Source: Klebsormidium nitens
Taxonomy: Eukaryota > Plantae > Klebsormidiophyceae
DNA: 63,630 nucleotides
Direction of reading: 5' to 3'
NCBI GenBank assembly: GCA_000708835.1
Contig: DF237320.1
Span: 29,027-92,656 of the forward strand
Positions 1 to 12,594 of this stretch are shown here, in pieces (within the stretch, counting starts at the first letter, position 1; each line of letters begins with the position of its first letter). The notes beneath the pieces are model-generated. The model searched no databases, was not told the DNA's origin, and saw nothing but the letters and a program-made list of their open reading frames with translations. Made by a program: the position numbers and the translations under genes.

Positions 1-2
1 AA

Positions 3-214
3 AAGGGGCCTGAAGAGCCGAAGCCCACTTGCACCTCGTGCTATGCTATGCTCTCCACAGCGAAAGAGGATGGGCCTTCACCAAACGCAGCCGGGGGTAA
101 AATACCGTCGCCAGAGATGAAGGCTGCCCCGGAAAAGGTTCCTGGGGAGGGGATCCCCCTGACTGGCGCGCTTGTGAGTCGGCGGGTTGAAGTCTGGTGC
201 CCTATTGACAACAG
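3..214 (+). CDS. Partial exon (gene starts upstream of the window): C-terminal half of a GATA-like zinc finger plus N-terminal half of a PDS5/MSH6-type Tudor domain
   Basis: Frame from base 3 reads KGPEEPKPTCTSCY...LVSRRVEVWCPIDN, ending at donor AG|GTAAGG (215). This matches the GATA GPxxPKxxCxxC and Tudor LVGRRVxVxWPxD patterns. Not in the ORF track. Confidence 0.7.
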
Positions 215-1351
215 GTAAGGCTTGCCCCAGTTTTGCATCGTGCATGTCAGCTTTCAACCAAATGGGATGTCCTCTTGGTGTGCCCCTCTGCCGCTTGTGG
301 TTGGCCCGACATCCTTCAAAGTGGTTGGGTCTCCAGTTGTTGCCTGCTGCTGAGTTTTGCATGCTCTCACTAGAGCGTTACCTTGTTTGATTCTGTGGCC
401 GTCTTGGCTGTTGTGAACAAGGCTCCACTGGAGTGTTCAGGCCAATTGCTCGCTTTGATGGTTTGGATGTATCTCTGAAACAGGTGCCTTGCCTTTGAAC
501 GTCGCTCTTGATACATCGAGGTCCCTCTGTGCTAAGTTTCAGTGTTTAAAACCGCATAGGCCTGGTTGCTATCAATCTGAACCATCCTTCGTACGCTTTG
601 CTTTCAATTGTCGCCCATGTTGAGGGTCTTATGCAGACAGGCGCTGCGACAGTACTGTCAGGAAACCTTCTCAGAGGCCAAACAATGCCTCTGGCAGCAA
701 TTTGATGCTCAAGATTGGAGATCGATGCTGCTGAGCCTTGGTATATGACCGTGTTTATAACAAAATTGCTGTCTGATCGAAGGCTTTGCTCAATTGCAGA
801 TTCAATGCGGGCCGAGTTGTGCGCTTCACCAACTACAACAAATGGCACCAGGTACGGTCGCCAGCTCTGTCTTATTTGTCCACTTCTGGGTCACTTTCTC
901 CAGGAAGGCCATGAGGAAGCTGCGGATTTTATGCTGGTGTTGTACTTACATTTCGTGGAGAGCCCGACTGTAGTAGTTGAGGAGAGCCCTTCGCGAAGAC
1001 TGAGTTATTATCGTTCAACACCAAAAGATGCTTTCCCCATTCGTTATGCAGCGAAGGAAACTTTCACAACATTTCCACTCTTTATCTTCTGTCGTAAAAT
1101 TTGTCCCGCACAAGCAGCCCAATCTAGAAAACAATCCTAATTTGTGCGTCATTCAGAGCTGAACGGTTCACTAAGAAGGCTCTTTTGACCAGCGTCTTTC
1201 TCTCCGCGTTCTCTTTCCAATCTCAGGCGCCCAGTCAAACTTTCACGGTTCCCAGGCGTGCTGAATGGCAACGTTTGCATCACTCTGTCATATCTTGACG
1301 TGTGAGCCATAGGCTGGAGGCTTGACATGGACATTTTCAATTTCCTGGCAG

Positions 1352-2041
1352 GTGCGGTACGACGATGGAACCAAGGAGGTCCTGAATCTCGCAAAAGAGC
1401 GGTGGAAGCTTCTCCCACGAAATCACGAGAACGGAGATGAGAAACAAAGGACGAGCGAAAAGAAGGGGCCAGAACAAGACGAGGGGCCGGAAGAAAAGGG
1501 GGCTTCAGGAGAAGTGGCGATGCGGGGAGGCGATGCTGACGGGGAAGACTCTGGAGTGGACAGCAGCCTGCCCATTAGCAACTGGGCAAAACACGCAATT
1601 GGGACCTCCAAGCTGAACGCGAAGCGCAAGAAGGCACAACGGAAAGAAGCCGCTGCCGATGCGCCAGGCAAAAGCGGCCGCCGTGAAGTGGGGGGTCCGG
1701 CAACGCGCTTTGGATCTGGGGGCGTGAACGCAAAAGAGGGAGGGGCAGGGGGGGTGCTTGCGGCTGAGAGTGGGCCCCCCTGTTTCGGGAAAGCTCCGGC
1801 GATGTTGGGGGAGGTCTTGGAGCTGGTGTTCGAAAAGGAGCGGCGGGAGGGCGCTGCAAACGAGCTGGAGGGCGGGCCTGAAGGGCTGAGAAAGCCATCG
1901 GGAGGGGGGCTGCAAATGAGCGGCGACAAAACGGCCAGGAGCGGAGCCGGAGAATGGGCAAGCGGTGCGGCTGTGGGTGCAGGCCAAGGGGACACGGTAC
2001 CAGAGGACGCGTCTCACGAGCAAGATCCATCTCGAGGCTTG
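1352..2041 (+). CDS. Exon with the C-terminal half of the Tudor domain followed by low-complexity G/E/K/A sequence
   Basis: Acceptor TTCCTGGCAG|GTG; reads VRYDDGTKEVLNLAKERWKLL (Tudor YDDGxxExLxLxxERW); donor TTG|GTGAGC at 2042. The intervening Tudor exon (phase 2 to 0) was not identified. Confidence 0.7.
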
Positions 2042-3185
2042 GTGAGCGGGACGTTGTCTAAATCCTGGGAAGCTCTCGTCTCCTTCATTGAACAGCTTCC
2101 CAGGTCCTCTTTTTCTCTAGATCTGAGGATAAGTCGATTCTGAGAGTAGCGGCTAGCCCTTCTTTGCAGCAGGTTTTTTAGCCTAGGGATGCTTTCCCTT
2201 TGGCGTTAGTCCTTTGGGCCGGGCTTTTCCGCGGGTTTCCGAGCTGGATTCGGCTCCTCCGAGCATGCTGTCGTCAATCTTCTTACACTTTGTTTCTCGG
2301 TGATCGACCCCCGTGACTTCTTGAGCGCTCAAATTGGTTGTTTCAGCCTTTGGTGAGGTTTAAAGTATACTACGATACCTGCGTTTCTGGCAAGAATGGA
2401 AACCAGGATGGCACGTCAGTACGTGCTTGACAGATGGCGGATCGATATGTGTGTTTATGGAGCCCAAAAGAGCTTGTTCCGGGAGCACACGAACTTCCTT
2501 CGAGGAACTGAGCTTCGTCGAGGAAGAAGAAACGGGTTTGTCCATTGGAGAAGAGCCCTGGTGTCATTGGACTACGGGTTCTCTTTCAATCAGGTTGAGT
2601 TGCATCCATGCTGCTGCGACAGGTGGGAATGAATGCTTCTCGAAGACGCGCAGATGTTTTGCATATCTTGCTCCTTAGTCCGCCGCATGTCGTCAGGAGT
2701 TGAAGAATTTCGTTCAGGTCGTGCATCTGTCGAATCCAGGAGTCAAGTGGAAGCTGGTAGACCTCGAGGATGACTATCTCAAGACCAAAACTGCAATTTC
2801 GCAAAGCATTCTTGCACCTATTCAGACACTTTCACCAGTCGTTCCAAGTACTTCGTCTGTACGTATTCTTATTGGCTTGAGTCTTCCTTTGGCCCCACGA
2901 TCAGAACGTCTGAGTTCATTCGACGTGTCTGACTGTATTTTCAACTCTGTATCACCAGCGTTTTTAAGTCCTCTTAACCCTTCCTCTTGCTGACACGCTT
3001 CTCGCTTCTAGCTAAGCACGTTTGTCGTGGGATAGCTATCTCAGCTGAGTCAACAATCGTGAACAAGCAAGCCACTTGGCCTTACCCGTTTCCTTGTAAT
3101 TCTACAGGCCAGCGGACGCGTCGCACCTACTATCCCGCCCTCTGAGCTTCCCGACCGGAAAGTCGCTGACGGACCCCTTCCTCAG

Positions 3186-4412
3186 GATGCGGGGCGTGGG
3201 CGCAGCTCAGAAGTGGTCGAGGAGAAGCCTGGAGTTACAGCAGACACACCAACCGCAGCGGCTGGAGGCGACGGTCCCCCTTCGACCAATGCGGTGGACG
3301 ATTCACTCAAGGCCCAACCCAAGCCCTCGGACGTGAAAGACCTGCAGTCGGATGGACTGCGGACGGCAACAGCAGAACCGAAGGGTGCGCGGGCGGATGA
3401 GACGCAGATTGAAGACCTGCGAAGTGAAGAAGCGGAGCTCGACGAACGGCAGAAGGGAGGAGTGGCTGAGGGGCCACGTGGCAGCAGCAGGAAGCGGTGC
3501 GCGTCGTGCGGGGTGACCAAGTCGAGGCGGTGGTACGGCGCGTCAGCAGGCACGCGCAAGTGCAGCAAGTGCTATGACAGAGATCACGGGTCGAAGAACA
3601 AAGCGCGGAAGGGGAGCGGTGGGGAGAAGAAGAATGTGCCTGGCGATGAGGAAGGCGGGTCTGGAGGGCTCACGAAGAGTCGTAAGCGCCAGCGTAAAGA
3701 CGGTCTCACCGCTGGGGAGGCGAAGACGGCGGGCGCTGCTGTTGGTGGCGCGGAAGTACAGCCTGGAGGCGTCACTAAGAAGGGGCGGAAAGCCGGAATA
3801 ACGGACGGGGTGAAAAGAGAGGAGGAGGAAGAGACGGAAGGCGCTGCTGAGGAGGAAGAGGTGGTGACGAAGGGCGGAGCTAAAAGAGGGAGGAGGGAGA
3901 AGTCACGAGACGGTGTGAGAGGAGAGACGGCCGAAGGGGCTCAAGGCGCCATTGACGGGGGTGCAAAGGCGGATGCGGACATCAAGGTTCCGAAGGCAGG
4001 AAACAAGATTCGATCAGGGAAGGGCACGGACCTGGGGGAGGAACAGGGAACGGAGGGCGCTGCAAAACGTGGGGAGGCGGTAGAGGTGGCAGGCACGTTC
4101 CAGGGGCAAATGAGTTCGAAAAAAGGCAGCGATGCAGAGGGGGGGAGTGCGCCCGTGTTAGGGACTGAGCCGGGGGATCCCCCTGCAGGACAGGGCCTGC
4201 AAGGCTTCGTTGGCAAAGTGTCGGAGGGTTTGTTTGAAGCGGGGAAAGAACGTGTGGCAAAGGCGGATTGGGGCGAACGGCGGGAAGGTGCAGACAATGG
4301 GGCAAGCGATGCAGGGACGGGGACAGATGGGCACGCGGCCGACGCTGACAGGGAAGGCGTGGTGAAGGGGATGGCAGGGGTTTCTCGCAAGGAGAGCTTC
4401 TACAAAGGATTG
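3186..4412 (+). CDS. Large exon with a GATA-like C4 zinc finger (C-x2-C-x17-C-x2-C) in a K/E/G-rich disordered region
   Basis: CASCGVTKSRRWYGASAGTRKCSKC at 3498-3572; acceptor TTCCTCAG|GAT; donor TTG|GTAAGA at 4413. Confidence 0.7.
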
Positions 4413-5336
4413 GTAAGAAACTGATGCTGGTCGAGTCCTGCTTCGTGAGATTCAGAAGGTGCTTTGAACCCCAGGAACTATCTGGTTCTTAGAGCTTGCT
4501 TCTCTTTGTTGGTCGCTTGGGCGAGGGGGCAGAATGGAACGAAGTGCGTCATACCCCATGCGACTTGCTTCTGGTGTCCATGCTTTCTGTGGATCACATG
4601 TTTCTTCGCCAGTCTTCGTTAGCCAAAACCTTAAAAGCGGTCAGCAATTGCTTCTTTTGCTCCTCTGCATCCTCTGCAAATCTCGCAGGGGAAAATAAAA
4701 GTGTTGGAAGCCATTTCGTCAGAGGTGTTGCACTCGTCAGTTAGCGGCGCTCGACTGATGCTGGAAGGGTCTGTCTGGTATCGTAGCCGAGTGGCTCTGT
4801 AAGCTACGAGCAAGGAAAGCTCAGTGCCAGCGAGCAGACACGAGATGTGCCATTAGCAATCACTTCTGTTGTTGTTGACAGCTTCCTTCTGTGCGCCTGG
4901 GGTCTGCAACCGGTTAAGATATAGACTTTTCATCCTGCCTCGCATTGTGGAAAGACTGGAGAGCCTGCTTTCGGAATCGCGATGACATTCTACACTTCTA
5001 CACTTCTACCTATTCAGCGTTTTAGAGGGGGTCTGCTTTTGAAGTAGCCATTCAAGGTTGTCTCAATGCAACATGTGGTTGTTCAGACGTGCAATGGAAG
5101 AATTACCTCCGCATCCTTTTTCTTATTATCAGGACATGTATCTCATCTACACTGAGAAGGGATTTGCGGTCCTTCTCCTCTCTTCACTCCAACTCCGAGG
5201 AACCCGGATTTGGGCACGGCGACGTAATTGCAAATTCTGCCGTTTTGGGTCGGGGAAAAGCGTTCGTGAAGTCCTTTCCGTTCATTGATGTCTGCGGCAC
5301 CACTTGCTGACGGCAAGTCTCCCGTTTTATCTGCAG

Positions 5337-7154
5337 GAGTCAGCGCATGGTTCGCCTGTCCTTTCTCCCCCAATCAAAGCTACCAACCGGCATTCTACTG
5401 CGGGAACAAATTCAACCCCAAGCACGGAAGCAGCAGCGCCCAAAGAAGATCTCCGATCGGCTCAACCCGGCAGCAAAGCGCTGGCAGAGAATGAGCCCGG
5501 GGATAGCGACCCGTTGGCACGTGAGAAGAAGCGGAGCAGCACGGAGAAGCCTTCCGGACAGCCTAGCGCGGAAGAAGCAGGCGGAGCCATCAGAGAGGGT
5601 GAGGGAAAGCTGGTCGCCCGGAAGAAGGCACTGGGACTGGCGGCCAAGTCGACAGAGGTAGCAGGGAAGGGCGACCCGGCAGGTGGTGTCTCGGTAAAAG
5701 CAGCGGGAGTGGAGAGTGCTCGCACTGAGGAAGAGAGCGCCAGCGCGGCATTGAGGGGCGGCACCGTCAAGCCAGTGGGGAAGGGCGCTGGCCTGGACGT
5801 TGGGAAGGGTTCTGATGTCAACGCGGGGTTGGATGCTGACGGAACGAAGGAGGGGAGAGCCGACGGTTTAAATGAGGGAGAAGGGGACGTTGCATCGGAC
5901 CAGAGCGCTGACACCCCAACGAAGAAAGATCTCCTGGCTGCAATTGAGCGGGAGCTGCAGGAGAGGGAGCGTGTGGTCGAGGCGAGCACCTTGCTCGGGG
6001 GTTCCCCCGCCGAGAAGCCGCCGAAGCACAGCTCAATGCCCCAGCCGGCGGTCCTGCACCTGGAGAATGAAACTGCTAGCCTCATTTCTGGGGGCCCGGA
6101 TGTTCCTCCCAGGGCTGCTGACGTTGCTGCCGGGGCTGCTGACGCCACTGGGCGTTCCGGCGCTGACCATTCGGAGGAGCGGGTCCCTGCCGCAAATGGA
6201 ACGGCGATGACCTCGCCCATCGCACAGCCGGAGCTGGGGTCAAAGGAGCGGACTGATGTGGGGCAGAGGGGCGAAGGTCTGGAGAGCGGGGCTGCTGACG
6301 TCACAGCGGAGGGATGTGCTGACGGCACACAGGGGGATAACGGGCCGGACAGGAAGGAGGACAATAACGGAGGGGAGCAAGGGCACAACTCTGGAGAGAA
6401 CGGTGCGCAAGGACAACAAATACGGGGTTCGCAAGATCTCAGGGAAACGAGCGGAGGCGAAGCACCACGACCGACCATTCAGGGCGACCAGGCTGGGCCT
6501 TCGCAGCAGGCAGCAAGAGGTGAAGCGCAGACCGTGGTTGCCGAAGCAAAGGGAAAGGCTCCGGCAGGTGCCACGTGTCACACAGAGGTACCCCCTGCGA
6601 CCGAGGCGCTCCAGCATGCCGAGCAGCTGCCGTCGCCCGCAAGCTATGGTTCCCTCTAGAAGGCATATGCAGACAAGCTTTCCGAGCCGGAAAGCGGAGG
6701 ACCGTCCGAAGAGCGCGCCGGCGGTGTGTCGTCAGCCTCTCCCGGGGTTCTGCAGGAGCGCCCAGGAACAATCCCCGAGCCCTGGGCTGAAATCGTCGGC
6801 GCTCTGAGGGGGCTGATCCGCGTGACCGAGGACAGTGGCCGGGTGGTCGCGGCGCGGTTGGACACGCTTCTCGAAGCGCTCGAGCCGGCGCAAGGGGGTG
6901 GAACGAGGCAGGGGGCCCAAACAACCAGGGCCGCAGCTTTTGAGGCCGGGGCGCCGAGCACTGGGCCTTCCCTCGGGGAAGCCACGCCTCCCGAAAGTCC
7001 TGGACAGGTCCCCGAGGCTGCCGCCCGGGGAGGTGAAGTCAGCAAAGGCCGGTCAGAGGAGTCGGGATGGGGGCAATGCAGCGCCCGGAAAGTCCTGAGG
7101 ATGGTAGCTGGTAGTCAACTGGACCAGGCGAGTGCAGAATTTGAGTTGTTGTGA
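5337..7154 (+). CDS. Low-complexity coding segment(s), probably of the same Tudor/GATA gene; one in-frame TAG at 6657-6659 (probable 72-nt intron 6588-6659)
   Basis: Acceptor TTTTATCTGCAG|GAG; ORFs 5304..6659 and 6726..7154 share a frame; GAG|GTACCC...TTCCCTCTAG would remove the stop in frame. Further small exons are possible at ~7408-7537 and ~7673-8510. Confidence 0.5.
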
Positions 7155-7755
7155 CCTCCCGAACCTTCGTTCTGCCTTTTAAGCTCGGTCGTTGCATGCG
7201 AGCTTCGACCGGACTGTTGGGCTTTGTGCTTTTCGTTTCAGAGAAAGGCAGTTATGTTTTGAAATGGGCTCGGCTGTGTGCACTGTGCGGCTGCGAAATC
7301 ATGGAAAGATTCGTGATCCCAACAAGTGGCTCCCTTCGATAGCTGTTTGCTGCTCGTATACCGTCTCTGTCTCTGTCATCTTTATGCCGTCCACCCTTCT
7401 TAACAGAGATGCACAAAAAATGTATTGATTCAAAGCAAGAGACGTCGCCCGATATCACCCGACCAAGCGGCACGGAGATTGCTTGGCTAGAATTGTCACC
7501 TTCCGTCAAGTCCACACTGCAACGGCTGATTGCAAAGGTCGTGTCCGTACACTCTTCTCCTGTGGTATCGCTTTTTAGAGGATTGAGCTTGATTCACTCT
7601 GACCATCTTTGTTAAGGCCCTGTCTCCGGTGCATGGGGCTCGCCGAACCCTGATCGGAACGCTTTTCTTGCAGGAACACATAACGAGCTGCGCTGTGCGA
7701 GATGGCCTTTGGTTGCGAGGAGCTTGAGAGTCTATCCAATCAAGAATCTATCAGT

Positions 7756-8469
7756 CAAGAAGGCACGTGGCGNNNNNNNNNNNNNNNNNNNNNNNNNNNN
7801 NNNNNNNNNNNNNNNNNNNNNNNNNNNNNNNNNNNNNNNNNNNNNNNNNNNNNNNNNNNNNNNNNNNNNNNNNNNNNNNNNNNNNNNNNNNNNNNNNNNN
7901 NNNNNNNNNNNNNNNNNNNNNNNNNNNNNNNNNNNNNNNNNNNNNNNNNNNNNNNNNNNNNNNNNNNNNNNNNNNNNNNNNNNNNNNNNNNNNNNNNNNN
8001 NNNNNNNNNNNNNNNNNNNNNNNNNNNNNNNNNNNNNNNNNNNNNNNNNNNNNNNNNNNNNNNNNNNNNNNNNNNNNNNNNNNNNNNNNNNNNNNNNNNN
8101 NNNNNNNNNNNNNNNNNNNNNNNNNNNNNNNNNNNNNNNNNNNNNNNNNNNNNNNNNNNNNNNNNNNNNNNNNNNNNNNNNNNNNNNNNNNNNNNNNNNN
8201 NNNNNNNNNNNNNNNNNNNNNNNNNNNNNNNNNNNNNNNNNNNNNNNNNNNNNNNNNNNNNNNNNNNNNNNNNNNNNNNNNNNNNNNNNNNNNNNNNNNN
8301 NNNNNNNNNNNNNNNNNNNNNNNNNNNNNNNNNNNNNNNNNNNNNNNNNNNNNNNNNNNNNNNNNNNNNNNNNNNNNNNNNNNNNNNNNNNNNNNNNNNN
8401 NNNNNNNNNNNNNNNNNNNNNNNNNNNNNNNNNNNNNNNNNNNNNNNNNNNNCAAGAAGGCACGTGGCG
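7756..8469. mobile_element. Assembly gap (680 N) flanked by a 17-bp direct repeat: probable unassembled insertion with TSD, or a false gap from contig overlap
   Basis: CAAGAAGGCACGTGGCG at 7756-7772 and again at 8453-8469. Confidence 0.5.
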
Positions 8470-10818
8470 AAGGATCCTCCTGGTCCAGTATACGGTCCAA
8501 ACAGCTGTGAGATACGTGGCGGCTACTACTTCCAGAGGGCATAAAGTCGTTGGGTTTGCTTTTGACACGTGACTGTAGATACGGGCTGCAAGGGGGTTTT
8601 GACAGGGACGTAAGTGCTTTGTGCCCAGTTTAGCCAAAGAGGGTACTTTTGACACAGTCAAGAGCATGTAGAATTAGCTTAATCATACAGTAGTTCAGAG
8701 GACCCGTCTATCAACACTTGCAAATGTCAATCTGTCCTTTCCGGTGACATGCGTCTGTATCTTAGTAGAGAGGTCGCATTGCAAAATTTCTTGACAAGCG
8801 ACTCTAAGAATTTTGACAACAGAATAACAACAATCAAACAAAGTCTACCCCGAAAGTGTGAAAGTGTTAGATCTTGGGTTAGTGGCTGAACTAGTACTCA
8901 TAAACTTTGTGACTACATTACGAACGCACCTATCCGTTTACGGTTGGTCGACCATTGAGCGGCTAGGCGACCAGAACTTGTGCACGGTACGTCTCCAAAG
9001 TTCGAGAGGGCAACGCCCGGTCTGACTTGGCCCTTCTTAGAGGCATTGTACAGTAGAGTCCCACGAGATTGAACTGGCTGATCGCTGGCAAACGTGCTAG
9101 CACGGTTCGAATCCTATCAGAACTGTCGACTTGACGGTGGCCCGAGGGTCTCAACTCGATGGCATCATTGCAACGAATCAAACTAGCTCCCTCAGGGCTT
9201 GTGCACTAGGCTCACGGCAAACTCGAATGCCGGGCCGGACTCACTGTGACGCATCGGTACCGTCCCGTAAGTCAGTGTTCAAGGTACTACTACCCCCCAA
9301 CTTGGACGATTTGCAATCAGCTGAACCTTCTTGTCCAATGAGATATCTGATTCGCTTGCATCTATCATCATTGTCATTCGATTGTGATACTGATGCACAA
9401 CTAGCTAACCGACAGCCGCGGCCGCTGCCAGTGCGCGTGGCAGGCACGTGGCTATATGTACGTGTGGATATGACCGCATGACGTAAGACATTTCATTTAA
9501 GTGATATGTAGCTGCCAGAGACTCTGAGATCAGCCGCCACTGATCATGCAAATGGCAGATCGAACTTAGTAGACGGTTTGAGCTCACTGGCAGCTTCCGA
9601 TCCGGCGTAGTGAATCACTGCAGCCTTTCGATTAGCCAAATAATCAGTCACGGTGGCCCCATGCATATAGTGCCGCGATGCCGCCGCGTGATACGGCCTG
9701 TAGGCCAGAATTGGCAATGAATTGTTGTTTTAACGTATACAGGGCGGGCCGGGCGGCCCGCCGCGATCCGACATGACAGTTTTAGTATCGATTGGTATGC
9801 ACCTTGAACGGCACTAGGCCGGCCAGCGCGCTTTCAACTTAAGACTCGAGCAACGTGCGCGCGGGTTTCCAACGCATACATAGCTGGTGGCGCGCCACCC
9901 GCATGGGCCGCGGGCTCGACCGTCCCAAACAATCAGTCAATGAATCGACCCGGGACGGAGGGACGTACTACGGGAAACCCCAATGGATGCTTCTCTCTTT
10001 GAATAAGAGGGGTGACGCCACGACCTTCCCTCCTTCTTCCCCTCTTCTCCTCACGGACGAAGAAAGCCATTCTCTCCTCTGACATTCAGGCAAATCTGCC
10101 AGTCACAATCATAATAATGTGAGATTGTTCGACGAGCTTCAATTGCTTTTGGAAAAAGCCATAGCGAGACACGTGCGCCGCTGCTTGTAGTCCAGCCTTT
10201 GGTGTCGGGCAAAGATATGAACGTCATTGCACTTCCTGGGTTGAAACCACAAGCAATCGAAGCTGATGTTTATCTACTCAATTCTGCCCTGACTGCAAGT
10301 CGTTGCAGGTTGTCGGCATATATGGCAGGTAAACAGCTTGTGACATTGACAGCTTGTAACTTTGACAACAGAAGCCTTTTCCAGTGTTGGTCGGAAAAGA
10401 ACAGGTTCAATGGGGCGATCCTGATGAAAGTCGTAGCAGAAGTCTTGAAGGGCCTTTCTCTAAAAGACGTAACCTGGGTGAACTTCTAGGTAGCTATAGC
10501 TGGCTTTGCCCCCATATCAGCACGTGAGGTCCTCCTTGTAGCTGGAAGTCGTCTGGGTCTTCTCATGTTTCTACTTTGTTAGCGAAAGGCACCACCATCA
10601 GGGCACTCCCCTCAGACGAGCCTTCTCTGTGGAAGCATCTTAGGCAAGCTACCAGGAGATTCGTTAACCAGCAAAGCTCTTGCTGAATGGTTAAAAGAGC
10701 TTCTCTCTTTGACCAATGGATGTATAATTAGTACTAGATGCATCTAGGCCCCGCTTCATGGAAGACAGATACATTAGACGCGGTGTCTGAACAGCTCTTC
10801 ACATTCGAATTCGTACAG

Positions 10819-11426
10819 TTTCGGCGATCATTGTCACCATTGAGTGGAAGGTGCCCATCTCTTTGACGGACACCGTCATCATTGGGGACACCATCATTTG
10901 GAGCTGGGCCGACACCGCCCCCCACGACCTCACCTGTAAGCTCCTTCATGAGGCTGGCATAGTGTCAATTGAACGAAGCAAACCTGCCAGTTTGAGAGCC
11001 TCTTGCCTTAAGATTCTTTCTCTTGGAGGACAGACTCTGGCTATCAACCCGCGTTTTCGATGCTTCATTTCCTTATCTAGCTGTCCAGGTTTCCGTGACC
11101 ATGTTCCAACATTTGCACGTGACTCCACAAATCAGAGATATACACCAAACCATTGGGGAGGCGTTCCGTGGCTAAAAATCACGCCTCCTCAGGCTTTCCC
11201 CTACTCCTCTGCAGTTCTGACTTACCCCGCTGGCTTTACTAGCATTGCGACCAACGGTGTAGAGGGGCTCATGATCCCCACTACGCCAGTCCGGGGGCCT
11301 GTCAATGTGAGTTTCCATCCCAGTCTACCAGGGGAGTACACCTACCGGTACAGTGTTCACTCTTCCATGACTGGAACACTCACAGTGCTGGATAAGCATT
11401 GTAGTCGCAAGTACAGTGTCTATTAG
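10819..11426 (+). pseudogene. Cupredoxin (amicyanin/plastocyanin-like) module 1, two exons (10819-10935, 11215-11391); Cys ligand lost
   Basis: GDTIIWSWADTAPHDLT | FLTYPAG...PGEYTYRYSVHSSMTGTLTVL. TAC (Tyr) at 11349-51 where copy 2 has Cys; the terminal donor reads G|ATAAGC instead of G|GTAAGC. Confidence 0.75.
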
Positions 11427-11873
11427 AGCAAAGGGTTCAATTTGAACGGTAGTGACCAAAACGTCTAGATGGCCAGAATGTCTAGATGTGCTGATCAGAA
11501 GTCATTGATCATCTTTTCGAATGTGGATATGGGTCACACCGTGACTGGGCAACGTCACTCGGTCGAAGGGAACGTTTGACTACTTAAACTGTAATGATTC
11601 AACTCCAAGCCTAGGATTCTTGACACGATTCGGGCCGAGCCACGTGCAGGTGGTTTTGGGAGCTCCGAGTCGCTCTTCAGCACTCGTTGGGGGGGTATTG
11701 CTGATGCACCGTTGGATCGAGTTTCCTGTTTGCTGACGGTCGGATCTGCAGATCTGAAACTCGTTCTTGCGTACACGAAGAGTGAACACGGTTGAACAGG
11801 CACCGTAGCCTGCGCGCTGAAGCTCACAGCATTTCACATGCATGGCCTCTGACCACTTCTTATTGCCGTGCAG

Positions 11874-12594
11874 CGTCGGCGGTTGTAGTCACGTATGCCT
11901 GGAAGGTGCCAACCATTCTGACCAACACCATCAATCTCGGGGACACTGTCGTTTGGAACTGGGCCGACAGCGGCCCCCATGACGTTACCTGTAAGATCCT
12001 ACTAATTTTAGTGTCAACTCAATCACTGCAGCAGATCTGCCACCGTGTAGATCCGCGGTTTTGGTCCTTTTCCGTATAGTTAGCTGGCCCTTTTTGACCC
12101 ACCGAGTTTCTCACACACCGTCAGTGCAATCCAGTCAAGAGTGGTCAGGGCTTGATGGGCTTGAACCTTTCAATCCTGGCCCCCTTCATTGTATCGAAGA
12201 TCCCTACCGTTCAATCAGAGCTTTGAATCGCTTGAGACCCTTTTCAAACCTTGATATTACGTCAGTTTGACCCGGCGCACCCTCTCACGCTCCGTCTTCT
12301 CACCCCCTCTAAATCTGTCTTTCGTATCGTGACCATGTTTCGACCGTGGAGATGTTTCTTCACCTCTACAAGACCCACAATACCCAAGATCGTGACCCTT
12401 CTCTTCTTCCTTTGCATTTTTGACCTATCCCACTGCATTTACCGGTATTGCCATCGACGGAGTGGTGGGGCTCACAGTCCCTCCCATACCAGTCAAGGCC
12501 CCCTATAACGTGACTTTCCACCCCACTCTGCCTGGGACGTACTCCTACAGATGCAGCGTCCATTCGTCTATGACGGGAACGCTCACAGTGCTCG
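11874..12594 (+). pseudogene. Cupredoxin module 2, two exons (11874-11990, 12418-12594); type-1 Cu ligands H...C-x2-H-x2-M intact but the internal acceptor is mutated
   Basis: GDTVVWNWADSGPHDVT | FLTYPTA...PGTYSYRCSVHSSMTGTLTVL. The acceptor reads GCAT|TT (12417) versus GCAG|TT in copy 1; the terminal donor G|GTAAGC at 12595 is intact. Confidence 0.8.

Noticed and set aside
2370-2567. DDE-transposase-like FFFLDEAQF on the minus strand
   Set aside because: Isolated short match with no other catalytic motifs.
1423-6478. Minus-strand P/S/A-rich ORFs (1423..1995, 3941..4390, 5462..6478 etc.)
   Set aside because: Antisense shadows of GC-rich plus-strand exons; no independent motifs.
7702-8667. 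Long ORFs spanning the first gap
   Set aside because: Artefacts of N runs translated as X.
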